Shown piece by piece: positions 8,417-17,147 of a DNA stretch of 30,459 nucleotides. The DNA comes from Pseudonocardiales bacterium (GTDB lineage: Bacteria; Actinomycetota; Actinomycetes; Mycobacteriales; Jatrophihabitantaceae), in NCBI GenBank assembly GCA_032160565.1, contig JAVHVL010000642.1, positions 1 to 30,459 of the forward strand. The letters are read 5' to 3'. Position numbers and translations under genes: made by a program. A model generated the notes under the pieces. It searched no databases and had not been told where the DNA came from. It saw only the letters and a program-made list of their open reading frames with translations. The first letter of the stretch is position 1; each line of letters opens with the position of its first letter.

Positions 8417-9069
8417 CGATCAGGGTTCTGATCGCGGATGACCAGCCGATGCTGCGCGGCGCGCTGCGGATGTACCTGTCGGCCGAACCCGACATCGAGG
8501 TCATCGGCGAGGCATCGAACGGTCAGGAGGCGGTGGCACTCGCGGAGCGACTTCGTCCCGACGTCATCGCCATGGACATCCGGATGCCTGTGATGGACGG
8601 GCTGGCGGCAACGGAGAAGGCCATCACCACCGGCGCGAGGGTCATGGTGATAACCACCTTCCACATTGACGAGTACGTCGTCGAAGCGCTGCGCCGCGGC
8701 GCCAGCGGATTCGTCCTGAAGGATGCGACGCCGGAGGAGCTGGTGCATGCCGTTCGCGTCATCGCGGCGGGCGAGGCCCTCCTCTCGCCGAGCGTCACAA
8801 GACGGCTGCTCGAACGATTCGCCAAGCGTCTTCCACCCGATACGTCACAGGGTGCGGCCCTGCAAGGGTTGACCACGAGGGAACGCACGGTTCTGGACCT
8901 GGTCGCCAAGGGCTTGCCGAACCGGGAGATCGGTAAGGTGCTGCATCTGGCGCCCAGCAGCGTGAAGACGCACGTCAGCCACCTGCTCGCCAAGTTGAGT
9001 CTCGCCGACCGGGTACACCTCGTGATCTTCGCGTACGAGCACGGCCTCGTCGAACGCGGTTTCATCTGA
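8413..9069 (+). CDS. NarL/LuxR-family response regulator
   Basis: Receiver IADDQ...MDIRMP...FVLKD and LuxR HTH LTTRERTVLDLVAKGLPNREIG...VKTHVSHLLAKL. The gene overlaps the kinase stop. Confidence 0.95.
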   Translation: MTIRVLIADDQPMLRGALRMYLSAEPDIEVIGEASNGQEAVALAERLRPDVIAMDIRMPVMDGLAATEKAITTGARVMVITTFHIDEYVVEALRRGASGFVLKDATPEELVHAVRVIAAGEALLSPSVTRRLLERFAKRLPPDTSQGAALQGLTTRERTVLDLVAKGLPNREIGKVLHLAPSSVKTHVSHLLAKLSLADRVHLVIFAYEHGLVERGFI

Positions 9070-9077
9070 CCGGCGAT

Positions 9078-10004
9078 TCAGCCGACCGCCGTCGCGGTGC
9101 ACAAGCGCTGCAGCGGCGCCGTCTGGGCGTAGACGTCCTTGCTGACGTGGCGGCCGCGCCGGTCCTGCCTGATGACCTCATCGCGGATCGTGGTCAGCTC
9201 ATCGGCACTGAGCTGCGTGACCTTCTCCAGCTGGAGCACCTCGGCGCTGGTGCCACCGACGGCGCCGACCTTGATGGCGCCCAGCCCCGCGGCGTAGTAC
9301 TTGAGCTGGTGGCCGCCCGCTGGGTCGAGTGGCGCCCACTCGTCGATCACGAGCACGTTCTGGAAGCACCCCGCTGTCACACACACACGGAGTCCGGTCT
9401 GGGCCACTTCCGCGCAATCGAAGAAGTCGACCTGCGGCGCGTAGCCCTGCAGGTAGGGGCCGGCGCCCGGCCGAGGCCTGTCGAGCATGGCGATGCCGGC
9501 GACCGCGCCGTCGATTCCGGCGATCCAGGTGCTCGGCGCGCCCACCAGGTGCCGGCCTTCGTACTCCTCCGGGTACTCACCGACGTTCCACACCCGCCCG
9601 CTGTTGTCCTGGGCTTCGAACGCCAGCTCCGACTCCTGCAATTCGCCGTCCTGGATGTCACGTTCGAAGATCACGAGAGTCCGCACGCCGTTGATGACCT
9701 TCGTGAGGTCCGTGACCGTGGTGAGGATGCGGTGGTCATGCAGCAAGCCGTCATCCTCACGAACCGAGCCGTGCAGCACGAAGTTCGCTCCCGGAACGAG
9801 CGGCAGCCACCTGTTCGTGATCGCCGGCCGGCTCGGGAACCTGCCTGGATCGAACGTTGCCACTGCGCCACACGGTCCGCTGTCCGCGGCCGAGTTCGTC
9901 GAGGGTGCCGCCGCCGCGCTCGCCGGCGCAAGGGCCACCGTCAGCGCGGACACCATGGCCAGTGTCAGTACCCCAGGCTGAGCGTGACCGGACATGTGAA
10001 CCAT
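9078..10004 (-). CDS. Secreted conserved hypothetical protein, last gene of the RND operon
   Basis: Hydrophobic leader ending in ASAAA. Motifs ITNRWLPLVPG, TKVINGVRT, AQDNSGRVWNVGE and WIAGIDGAVAG resemble a widespread uncharacterised family. GGAAGG SD, 20 bp after the RND stop. Confidence 0.75.
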   Translation of the reverse strand: MVHMSGHAQPGVLTLAMVSALTVALAPASAAAAPSTNSAADSGPCGAVATFDPGRFPSRPAITNRWLPLVPGANFVLHGSVREDDGLLHDHRILTTVTDLTKVINGVRTLVIFERDIQDGELQESELAFEAQDNSGRVWNVGEYPEEYEGRHLVGAPSTWIAGIDGAVAGIAMLDRPRPGAGPYLQGYAPQVDFFDCAEVAQTGLRVCVTAGCFQNVLVIDEWAPLDPAGGHQLKYYAAGLGAIKVGAVGGTSAEVLQLEKVTQLSADELTTIRDEVIRQDRRGRHVSKDVYAQTAPLQRLCTATAVG

Positions 10005-10024
10005 CGCCCTTCCGAGACGGACCG

Positions 10025-13000
10025 CTAGACGGAGGTGGGAACAAGGGGCGGCGCCGCGGCTCTCCGTTCGCGCCTGGACTTGCCGAATCGCAGGTAGAGC
10101 GACGGGACCACGAACAGGTTCAGCAGCGTCGACGTGAAGAGTCCACCGAGGATGACCACAGCGACGGGATACTCGATCTCGTGCCCCGGCCGATCACCGA
10201 GTACCACCAGCGGGACCACGGCCAGCGCCGTTGCCAGCGAGGTCATCAAGATCGGCGAGAGCCGTTCACGTGCGCCCCGCAGGACCAATGCCGGCCCGAA
10301 GCGCTCACCCTCTACCCGTTCTAGATGCTGGCAGTGGTTGATGAGCAGGATCCCGTTGCGCGCAGCGATACCGAAGACGGTGAAGAACCCCACCAATGAG
10401 CCCAGGGACACCACGCCGCCACTGAAGTAGTTGGCCAGGACTCCGCCGACCAGCGCCATGGGCAGCGTGATGAAGATCAGCGCGGCGAGGCGCATGCTGC
10501 CGAAGGAGACCTGGAGCAGGAGCAGGATCGCGATGGCCGTGAAGATCGCGACCCGGTACAGGCTGGCTTGCGCTGCCTGCCGCTCGCGGTACTCGCCGAG
10601 CAGCTCCGCGTGGTAGCCGCGCGGGAACGTCACGCTGGCAAGGGCCTTCTTAACCTCGTTCGCGACGGAGCCCAGATCACGCCCGCGGACGTTCGCGGCG
10701 ACATCGAGGCGGCGCGAGTCGTTCTCGCGCTCGATCACGTTGGCGACCGGACCGACGCTCACGCGAGCGACGTCGGAAAGGTGCACGACCGTTCCGGACG
10801 GGGTGTCGATCGGCAGCGCGCTTATCGCCTGCACGCTGGAGCGGGTCTCCGGAGTGCTCCACACGACGGTGTCGTACGCCTTGCCGTCCCGGAAGATGTC
10901 GCCGACCTCTTCACCCGCCACCAGCGTCGCCGCCGCCCGCCGGATATCCCCGGGCTTGAGCCCGTAGCGGGCCGCTTCGCTGACGTCCACCTCGACCCGA
11001 ACCTGCGGCTGGTCCAGCGACAGATCCACGTGGTCGTCGGTGATCCCGCGAATCTCGGCGATGTTGTGCTGGATCTCGAGCCCCTTCTCCCGGAGCACGT
11101 CCAGGTCCTCGCCGAAGATCCGGATCACGATCGGCTCCTTTGCGCCGGTCAGGACCTCCTCGATTCGCTCGTTCAGGTACGTGAACAGGTCCCGGTACAC
11201 ACCTGGGTACTTGGAGATCACCTCTTCGATCTTTGCAACCGTCTTGTCATGATCGGCGTCCTTGTCCAGCGCGACCCAGTTCTCGCCGAAGTTGACCCCG
11301 ACCACTTCCTCGCCGAGAAACGCTTGCCCGATGTGCGAACCGAACGTGCTGACACCGGGGATGGCCCGCAGCTCGCGGCTGACCTTGATCGTCAAGCGAT
11401 CCTGTTCGGCGATCGAGGTGCCCGGCGTCGAGATGAAGTGCATGAGGAAGTTGCTCTCCTTGAACGTGGGGAACAGGGCCTGCCCCAACTGGGGAACGAC
11501 GAGCGCGGTAGCGATCACCAGTACGGCACAGCCGGTGTAGGCCCGGCGCGGGCGGTTGATGATTCGGGCGAGCAGGCTGCTGTATCCGCTCTGCAGCCTG
11601 CGCACGAGCGGTGACTCGTGGCGCTCCACGGGCGCGTTGCGAAGCATGATGAGACACAGCGCCGGGGTGACGGTCAGGGCCACCACCATCGACGCGACGA
11701 TGGCCAGCGTGTACGCGATCGCGAGCGGCCTGAAGAAGGATCCGGTCAGCCCCTGGAGCAGAAATACGGGGACGGCGGCCGCGACGATGATCAAGGTGGC
11801 ATAGACGATCGGGCTCCGTACCTCGAGCGAGGCCTTGAGGATCACCGAACCGGTCGAGGCAGGGCTGCCCGCTCGCCGATGCTGGCGGAGTCTTCGCAGG
11901 ATGTTCTCCACGTCGATGATCGCGTCGTCCACCACCGCCCCGAGGGCGATAACCAAACCGGCAAGCGTCATGGAATTGACCGTGTCGCCATGCCAGTGCA
12001 GCACCAACATGGTCGCCATCAGCGAGAGAGGAATGGTCAGCAGGCTGATCAGGGCGACGCGCCATTCGAAGAGAAAGAGCGCGAGAATCACCACGACCAG
12101 GATGAATCCGAGGACGAGTGCCTGGGTCAGATTGTGGATCGCCGCGCGGATGAAGTTCTCCTGCCGGAAGATCTTGGTGTCGAAGGTGATTCCGGGCAGG
12201 CCGGGTTGGAGGGACTTGATGGCGTCGTTGACCCCGCGCGTGACCTTGAGGGTGTCTCCCCAGGGCAGCTTCTCCACCACCAGCAGCAGCCCCGGTCCGT
12301 CGTTGACGATCGCATCACCGATCAGCGGCTGGTGATCCTCCTTCACCTGGGCGATCTGCCCGAGCGGCACTTTGGCGCCGCGCTTGCTCGCCACGGTGAT
12401 CCGCGCGAGGTCGGCCGGCGTCACGATCGGGAGCACGTGCCGGAGGCCGATCCGCTGCGCCGCGGTATCGATCGCGCCACCGGTGCCGATGACCGATCCG
12501 CTGGAGTACCGGAGTAGCCCCGAGTCGACCGAAGCGGCCGTCGCCTCCATGACGCTGTTCAGCGTGACGCCGTTCGCCTGCATCTTCTCCGGTTCGAGCT
12601 GCACCGTCATCATGTGCAACCGCTCGCCCCAGATGGCGACGTTGGCAACGCCGGGCACTCGCATCAACCGGGCCCGGATCGTCCAGTACGCCATCATCGA
12701 CATCGCTATCAACGAGTGATCCTTCGATGTCATACCGATCTGCTCGACGCGGCTGGTAGCCGCAACCGGTGGCAGCATGACCGGCGGGGAAGCCCAGGTC
12801 GGTAGCGTCGGAGTGACGATCGCGAGCCGCTCCTGCACCAGCTGCCGCGCTCGCCATTGATCCGTGCCCTGCTTGAAGATCAGCACGACCGACGACAGCT
12901 GGGGCACCGACTTCGACCGCATGTCGGTCAGCCCCTGGATGCCATTCAGGACCTGCTCCACGGGGACGCTGACGAGCGACTCCACGTCGGTGGTGGAGAG

Positions 13001-13189
13001 GCCGAGGCAGATGGTCTGGATCTCCACCTGCGGCGGGGCAAACTCGGGAAACACGTCGACCCTGGTGTTGCGCAGATCGACCACGCCAAAGGCCATCATC
13101 GCTGCTGCCAGCGCGACCACGAGGAAGCGGAACTTGAGGCTGGACCCGACGATGAATCCCATCAAGGTAGGGCGCCCCGGCGCGGTCAT
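10025..13189 (-). CDS. RND efflux permease, CzcA/CusA-like
   Basis: 1054 aa with 12-TM layout. Motifs VDVFPEFAPPQVEIQT, TM4 GAVVDDAIIDVEN, TM10 GIAARNGILL, TM11 RERLSPILMTS. Confidence 0.93.
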   Translation of the reverse strand: MTAPGRPTLMGFIVGSSLKFRFLVVALAAAMMAFGVVDLRNTRVDVFPEFAPPQVEIQTICLGLSTTDVESLVSVPVEQVLNGIQGLTDMRSKSVPQLSSVVLIFKQGTDQWRARQLVQERLAIVTPTLPTWASPPVMLPPVAATSRVEQIGMTSKDHSLIAMSMMAYWTIRARLMRVPGVANVAIWGERLHMMTVQLEPEKMQANGVTLNSVMEATAASVDSGLLRYSSGSVIGTGGAIDTAAQRIGLRHVLPIVTPADLARITVASKRGAKVPLGQIAQVKEDHQPLIGDAIVNDGPGLLLVVEKLPWGDTLKVTRGVNDAIKSLQPGLPGITFDTKIFRQENFIRAAIHNLTQALVLGFILVVVILALFLFEWRVALISLLTIPLSLMATMLVLHWHGDTVNSMTLAGLVIALGAVVDDAIIDVENILRRLRQHRRAGSPASTGSVILKASLEVRSPIVYATLIIVAAAVPVFLLQGLTGSFFRPLAIAYTLAIVASMVVALTVTPALCLIMLRNAPVERHESPLVRRLQSGYSSLLARIINRPRRAYTGCAVLVIATALVVPQLGQALFPTFKESNFLMHFISTPGTSIAEQDRLTIKVSRELRAIPGVSTFGSHIGQAFLGEEVVGVNFGENWVALDKDADHDKTVAKIEEVISKYPGVYRDLFTYLNERIEEVLTGAKEPIVIRIFGEDLDVLREKGLEIQHNIAEIRGITDDHVDLSLDQPQVRVEVDVSEAARYGLKPGDIRRAAATLVAGEEVGDIFRDGKAYDTVVWSTPETRSSVQAISALPIDTPSGTVVHLSDVARVSVGPVANVIERENDSRRLDVAANVRGRDLGSVANEVKKALASVTFPRGYHAELLGEYRERQAAQASLYRVAIFTAIAILLLLQVSFGSMRLAALIFITLPMALVGGVLANYFSGGVVSLGSLVGFFTVFGIAARNGILLINHCQHLERVEGERFGPALVLRGARERLSPILMTSLATALAVVPLVVLGDRPGHEIEYPVAVVILGGLFTSTLLNLFVVPSLYLRFGKSRRERRAAAPPLVPTSV

Positions 13190-13191
13190 GG

Positions 13192-16100
13192 CTACTCGCC
13201 GCTGACGGTGTACTCGCTGCCGAGCAGTTCAGCGGCACCGACGGTGACGACCGCGGTATTGACGGGCGGACCCGCCGACAGGATCGCCGTGTCACCCGAG
13301 ACGCGGACAATCGTGACCTGCGTCCGGACGAAGGACAGCTCCTTCGTCGTCATGTAGACCCAGGTGAGACCGTCCTTGTCGTAGAGAACCGCCGCGAGCG
13401 GCAAGGCCAGCCCACTCGCGCCGTCACGGCGAACCTTCTCGGTCTCGATACCTGCCCGCCGCGCGGCATCCGCGGTGAGGACGACCTCGCTGACACCCTT
13501 GTCATTAGCGGGAAGCACCGACGCCGGCGGGGCGAGCTCAGTCTCGGACACGCTCGTTGCGGTGCAGCCGCTCAGCGCTGTCCCCAGTAACAGCAGCATT
13601 ACCAGTGCGGTGATGGGCCGCGCGCGCCGGTGAGCACGAGAATTTCTCGACCGGAACCGCGGATACAACGCAGGCAGGATGAACAGGGTGACGAGCGTGG
13701 AGCTGAGCAAGCCACCGATGACGACGAGTGCCATGGGGTAGAACACCTCCGTACCAGGGATTCGGCCCAGCGCGATCAGCGGCGCGAACACCGCGGCCGT
13801 GGCGAACGCGGTCAGCGCGACGGATGCCACTCGCGTACGGGTCATGGCGTATACGGTGGCCGGCCCGAACGCGTTGCCATCCTGCTGAGCACGCCGTTGA
13901 TAGGCCGATAGCGCAAGCACTCCGTTCCGCGCGGCGATCGTCAACACCGTCAGCAAGCCGAGCATGGCTCCCAGCGTCCGGACGCCTCCGACGAACCAGG
14001 CGACCACCACGCCACCGGCGAGCGACAACGGCAAAGCCAGGAGCAGCAGGCTCGCCAACCGCCAACTGCTGAACACCGACTGCAGCAACAGGAAGATCAC
14101 GATCAGGACGGTCACGCCCAATGCGAATACCCGGTTGAACTCTGCGGCTCGGTTGCTCAGGTTGTCCAGCACCTCGGCGTGGTATTCCAGCGGCATCGCC
14201 AACGTCTGCAGGCGAAGCCGAACCTCCCGCGTCACGCTTGATGCGTCGCGGCCGCTCACCCGCGCGGTCACGTCGAGGCTCCGGAAGATGTCGTCGTGCC
14301 GGATCACCGTGGCGGCAGGCCCGATCTTGATCGAGGCGATGTCAGCCAGCTTGACCGCGCCTCCACCCGGCACATCCACCATCAGGTTTCCGACGTTCTC
14401 CGGCGTGTAGCGCACCGACGGTGCACCCCACACGACGACGTCGAAGATCTTCGATTCCTCGTAGAGGCTGCCCACCGGGAGGCCCGCGAAGAACGTCGCG
14501 GCGGAGCGGCGGACATCTCCCGGCTTGATCCCGTAGCGCTGTGCGGCGGCGAGGTTCACCTTCACGTTCACGGCCGGCTCCTCGGCAACGCCTTCGACCT
14601 GCGGGCCGACGAGTCCGTGCACGTCCGACAGCAGCCGTTGCACATCGGCGGCTGAGTTCCGAAGGACGGTCAGATCCGTTCCGTAGACCCGCACCACGAA
14701 GTCGGTCGGTTCACGGCTCTCGATCTCCCGCACGCGCGCCTGCGGGTAGGTCTGAACGCTGCTCCGAATACCTGGGTACTGCCGCACCAGGTGCTTCACT
14801 GCATCGAGCGTGGCGCCGTAGTCCGCCGATGAGGCGAGCGTCAGCCAGGTCTCTGCCGAATTCACATTGCCGACCTGGTCGGACAGGATCGCGCGACCGA
14901 CATGGGATCCGACGTTGCGGACGCCCGGCAGCGACCGGAGCTCGCGGCTCGCGAGGTCGGTGATGCGCGACATCTCGGTCAGCGACGTGCCTGGAGCAGT
15001 CCGCCACTGGACGAGAACACCACGGTCCTGGAACGCCGGCAGGGTTGCCCGCGCGCTGAGTTGCGGGATCACGGCGAGCGCCGCGAGGGCGAGCACGGCA
15101 GCCGTCAGATACGCGCGCCGCGGACGTCCGAGGAAGCCCGGGGCGACCCGATCGAAGCCACGCTGCAGCAGGCGCACCGAGGCCGGAGCCGCCGGCTTCG
15201 TTCGGCTGCGGCCCAACAGCAGGACCGCGAGCGCGGGAGTCGCGGTTACAGCAGCCACGGTCGAGGCCGCCACCGCAAGCAGGTAGGAAACCACGACTGT
15301 CTTGGCGAAATCGCCGCCCACGCCGCTGAGCGCGAGCACCGGCAGCGGGACGAGCACCGCGATCAACGTGCCGTAGAACAGAGGTCGCCGGACGGCGCTG
15401 GACACCTCCGTGACGACCTGCTGAACGGGCGTGGTGATGCCGCTGCCACTCGCCCGCTGCTCGCGCAGCCGCGCGAGCATGCCGTCAAGGTCGGCGATCA
15501 CGTCGTCGATGCACACCCCGATCGCGACGACGAGTCCGGCCAGGATCATCACGTTGAACGACGTGCCGCGCAGGTAGAGCACCCACGCGGCGGCGACGAG
15601 TGCGAGCGATATCGACAGCGTCGCGACGGCCGCGGCGCGCAACGAGGCGGTAAAGGCGACGAGGACGAGGATCAGGAGCAGGAGGCCGAACAGGGCCCAC
15701 CAGCCGAGGTCGTGCAGCGCTCGATCGATGAATGTCGAAGGGCGGTAGACCGCGGTGTCGATGGAGATTCCGGCCAGCCCCGGCTTCATCTCCTCGAGCG
15801 ACTCCTCGACGGCCTTGGTGACCTTCTTGGTGTCCGCATTGGGGAACTTCTCGATGACGAGCATCAGCCCAGGTCCGGAGCCGAGCCCGGCGTCGCCGAT
15901 GAGCGGTTGGTGATCCTCGACGACATCCGCCACCTGCCCCAGGAGCAACCGCCGGCCGCCGGTGTCCTCGATGCTGACGCCGGATAGCCCCTTCGCAGTG
16001 GTGATCGGGAAGATGTGCTGGATCGCCAGGCGTTGGGACGCGGTGTCGATGAAGCCGCCGGTTCCGGGCGTCGATGCCTCGACGAAGGTCAGTGGCGAGA

Positions 16101-16752
16101 CCCAGAGCGCATTGCCCGTGGTGTCGACGACCTGGTTCAGCGTGACCCCGAACTTGCGAAGCTTGGCGGGGTCGACCTGCACCTGCAGCTGCCGGTCGCG
16201 CTGGCCCCAGATCGCCACGTTCGCGACGCCCGGGACGCCCATCAGCCGAGGCTTGATCTTCCAGCGGGCGAGGACCGAGAGGTCGATCAGCGAGACGTCG
16301 TGCGCGCCCAAGCCGATCATCAGCACCCGGCTGGTTGTCGAGGTCGGCTGCACCATCACCGGCGGACTTCCGACCTGTGGCAGCGCGTGTGCCTGCGTCA
16401 GGTGTTCTTGAACCATCTGCCGGGCGTGCAGGACGTTGGTGCCCGGGTCGAAGACGAGATCTATCGATGAGAGCCCCGGCACCGATTCCGAGCTGATGTC
16501 ACGAAGCCAAGGCACGCCGTTGAGCAGATCCTGCTCCAGCGGGACGGTGATGAGTTGCTCTACCTCGGCAGCCGACAGTCCGAGTGCCTCGGCCCGGACC
16601 TGCACATGAGGAGGTGCGAACTCGGGCAGCGCGTCGACCGACGCGTGGCGCAGCTCGGCGACGCCCACCCCCATCACCACGACGACGACGGCGATGACCA
16701 GCACTCGGAACCGCAGGCTCAGCGCGACCAGTTCTCGAATCAATTCGACCAC
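13192..16752 (-). CDS. RND efflux permease, CzcA/CusA-like, fused C-terminally to a lipobox and a minimal membrane-fusion-protein-like domain
   Basis: About 1035 aa of RND (VDALPEFAPPHVQV, GVCIDDVIAD, AARNG), then RSRNSRAHRRARP-ITALVMLLLLGTALSG-C and a 124-aa domain with adaptor-like motifs (VVLTADAARRAGIETEKV; LPLAAVL...VY...FVRTQV...VVTVGAAELL). Confidence 0.88.
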   Translation of the reverse strand: MVELIRELVALSLRFRVLVIAVVVVVMGVGVAELRHASVDALPEFAPPHVQVRAEALGLSAAEVEQLITVPLEQDLLNGVPWLRDISSESVPGLSSIDLVFDPGTNVLHARQMVQEHLTQAHALPQVGSPPVMVQPTSTTSRVLMIGLGAHDVSLIDLSVLARWKIKPRLMGVPGVANVAIWGQRDRQLQVQVDPAKLRKFGVTLNQVVDTTGNALWVSPLTFVEASTPGTGGFIDTASQRLAIQHIFPITTAKGLSGVSIEDTGGRRLLLGQVADVVEDHQPLIGDAGLGSGPGLMLVIEKFPNADTKKVTKAVEESLEEMKPGLAGISIDTAVYRPSTFIDRALHDLGWWALFGLLLLILVLVAFTASLRAAAVATLSISLALVAAAWVLYLRGTSFNVMILAGLVVAIGVCIDDVIADLDGMLARLREQRASGSGITTPVQQVVTEVSSAVRRPLFYGTLIAVLVPLPVLALSGVGGDFAKTVVVSYLLAVAASTVAAVTATPALAVLLLGRSRTKPAAPASVRLLQRGFDRVAPGFLGRPRRAYLTAAVLALAALAVIPQLSARATLPAFQDRGVLVQWRTAPGTSLTEMSRITDLASRELRSLPGVRNVGSHVGRAILSDQVGNVNSAETWLTLASSADYGATLDAVKHLVRQYPGIRSSVQTYPQARVREIESREPTDFVVRVYGTDLTVLRNSAADVQRLLSDVHGLVGPQVEGVAEEPAVNVKVNLAAAQRYGIKPGDVRRSAATFFAGLPVGSLYEESKIFDVVVWGAPSVRYTPENVGNLMVDVPGGGAVKLADIASIKIGPAATVIRHDDIFRSLDVTARVSGRDASSVTREVRLRLQTLAMPLEYHAEVLDNLSNRAAEFNRVFALGVTVLIVIFLLLQSVFSSWRLASLLLLALPLSLAGGVVVAWFVGGVRTLGAMLGLLTVLTIAARNGVLALSAYQRRAQQDGNAFGPATVYAMTRTRVASVALTAFATAAVFAPLIALGRIPGTEVFYPMALVVIGGLLSSTLVTLFILPALYPRFRSRNSRAHRRARPITALVMLLLLGTALSGCTATSVSETELAPPASVLPANDKGVSEVVLTADAARRAGIETEKVRRDGASGLALPLAAVLYDKDGLTWVYMTTKELSFVRTQVTIVRVSGDTAILSAGPPVNTAVVTVGAAELLGSEYTVSGE

Positions 16753-16846
16753 CGGCTTCCCGTCAGAGCCGGAGACTAATTCGTTTTGGGTGCCGTTATC
16801 GTCAGCCCGCGGAGCCGACTGCGACCAAGCCGGCGGGACACCCTTG

Positions 16847-16886
16847 TCCGACCTCGGGATGAGGGCGGCTCCGTCCGAAGGATGAG
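16847..16886. promoter_or_regulatory. Tandem imperfect-palindromic boxes upstream of the RND operon
   Basis: TCCGACCTCGGGATGAG (16847) and TCCGTCCGAAGGATGAG (16870): 13/17 identical, 23-bp period, about 95-135 bp upstream of the operon start. Confidence 0.5.
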
Positions 16887-17147
16887 TTCAGGTGACCGCC
16901 CTCCCAATCAGACCAGGACGGGCGATCATGCTCACCAGGCGCTGCACATGGCCGGGCCTGGTCGTCCACAGGCACGCCTACGGTTCGGTATGACCACATC
17001 CGATTCCGATACCTGGTCAGGCGGGACCGCAACAAGCGGCGAAAAGCGACCGCCGCCCGCCTTCTGGTCCTTCTCGATCGAATTTGTGCAGCGGCTTTCG
17101 TTTCCTGAGGTTTGGCCGATGGTGTGGGCAGGTTGCCGTAAAAGCGC

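Noticed and set aside
10568-15987. Long plus-strand ORFs inside the RND genes (e.g. 10568..11614, 11618..12517, 14902..15987)
   Set aside because: Antisense shadows of the permeases with no independent coding signal.
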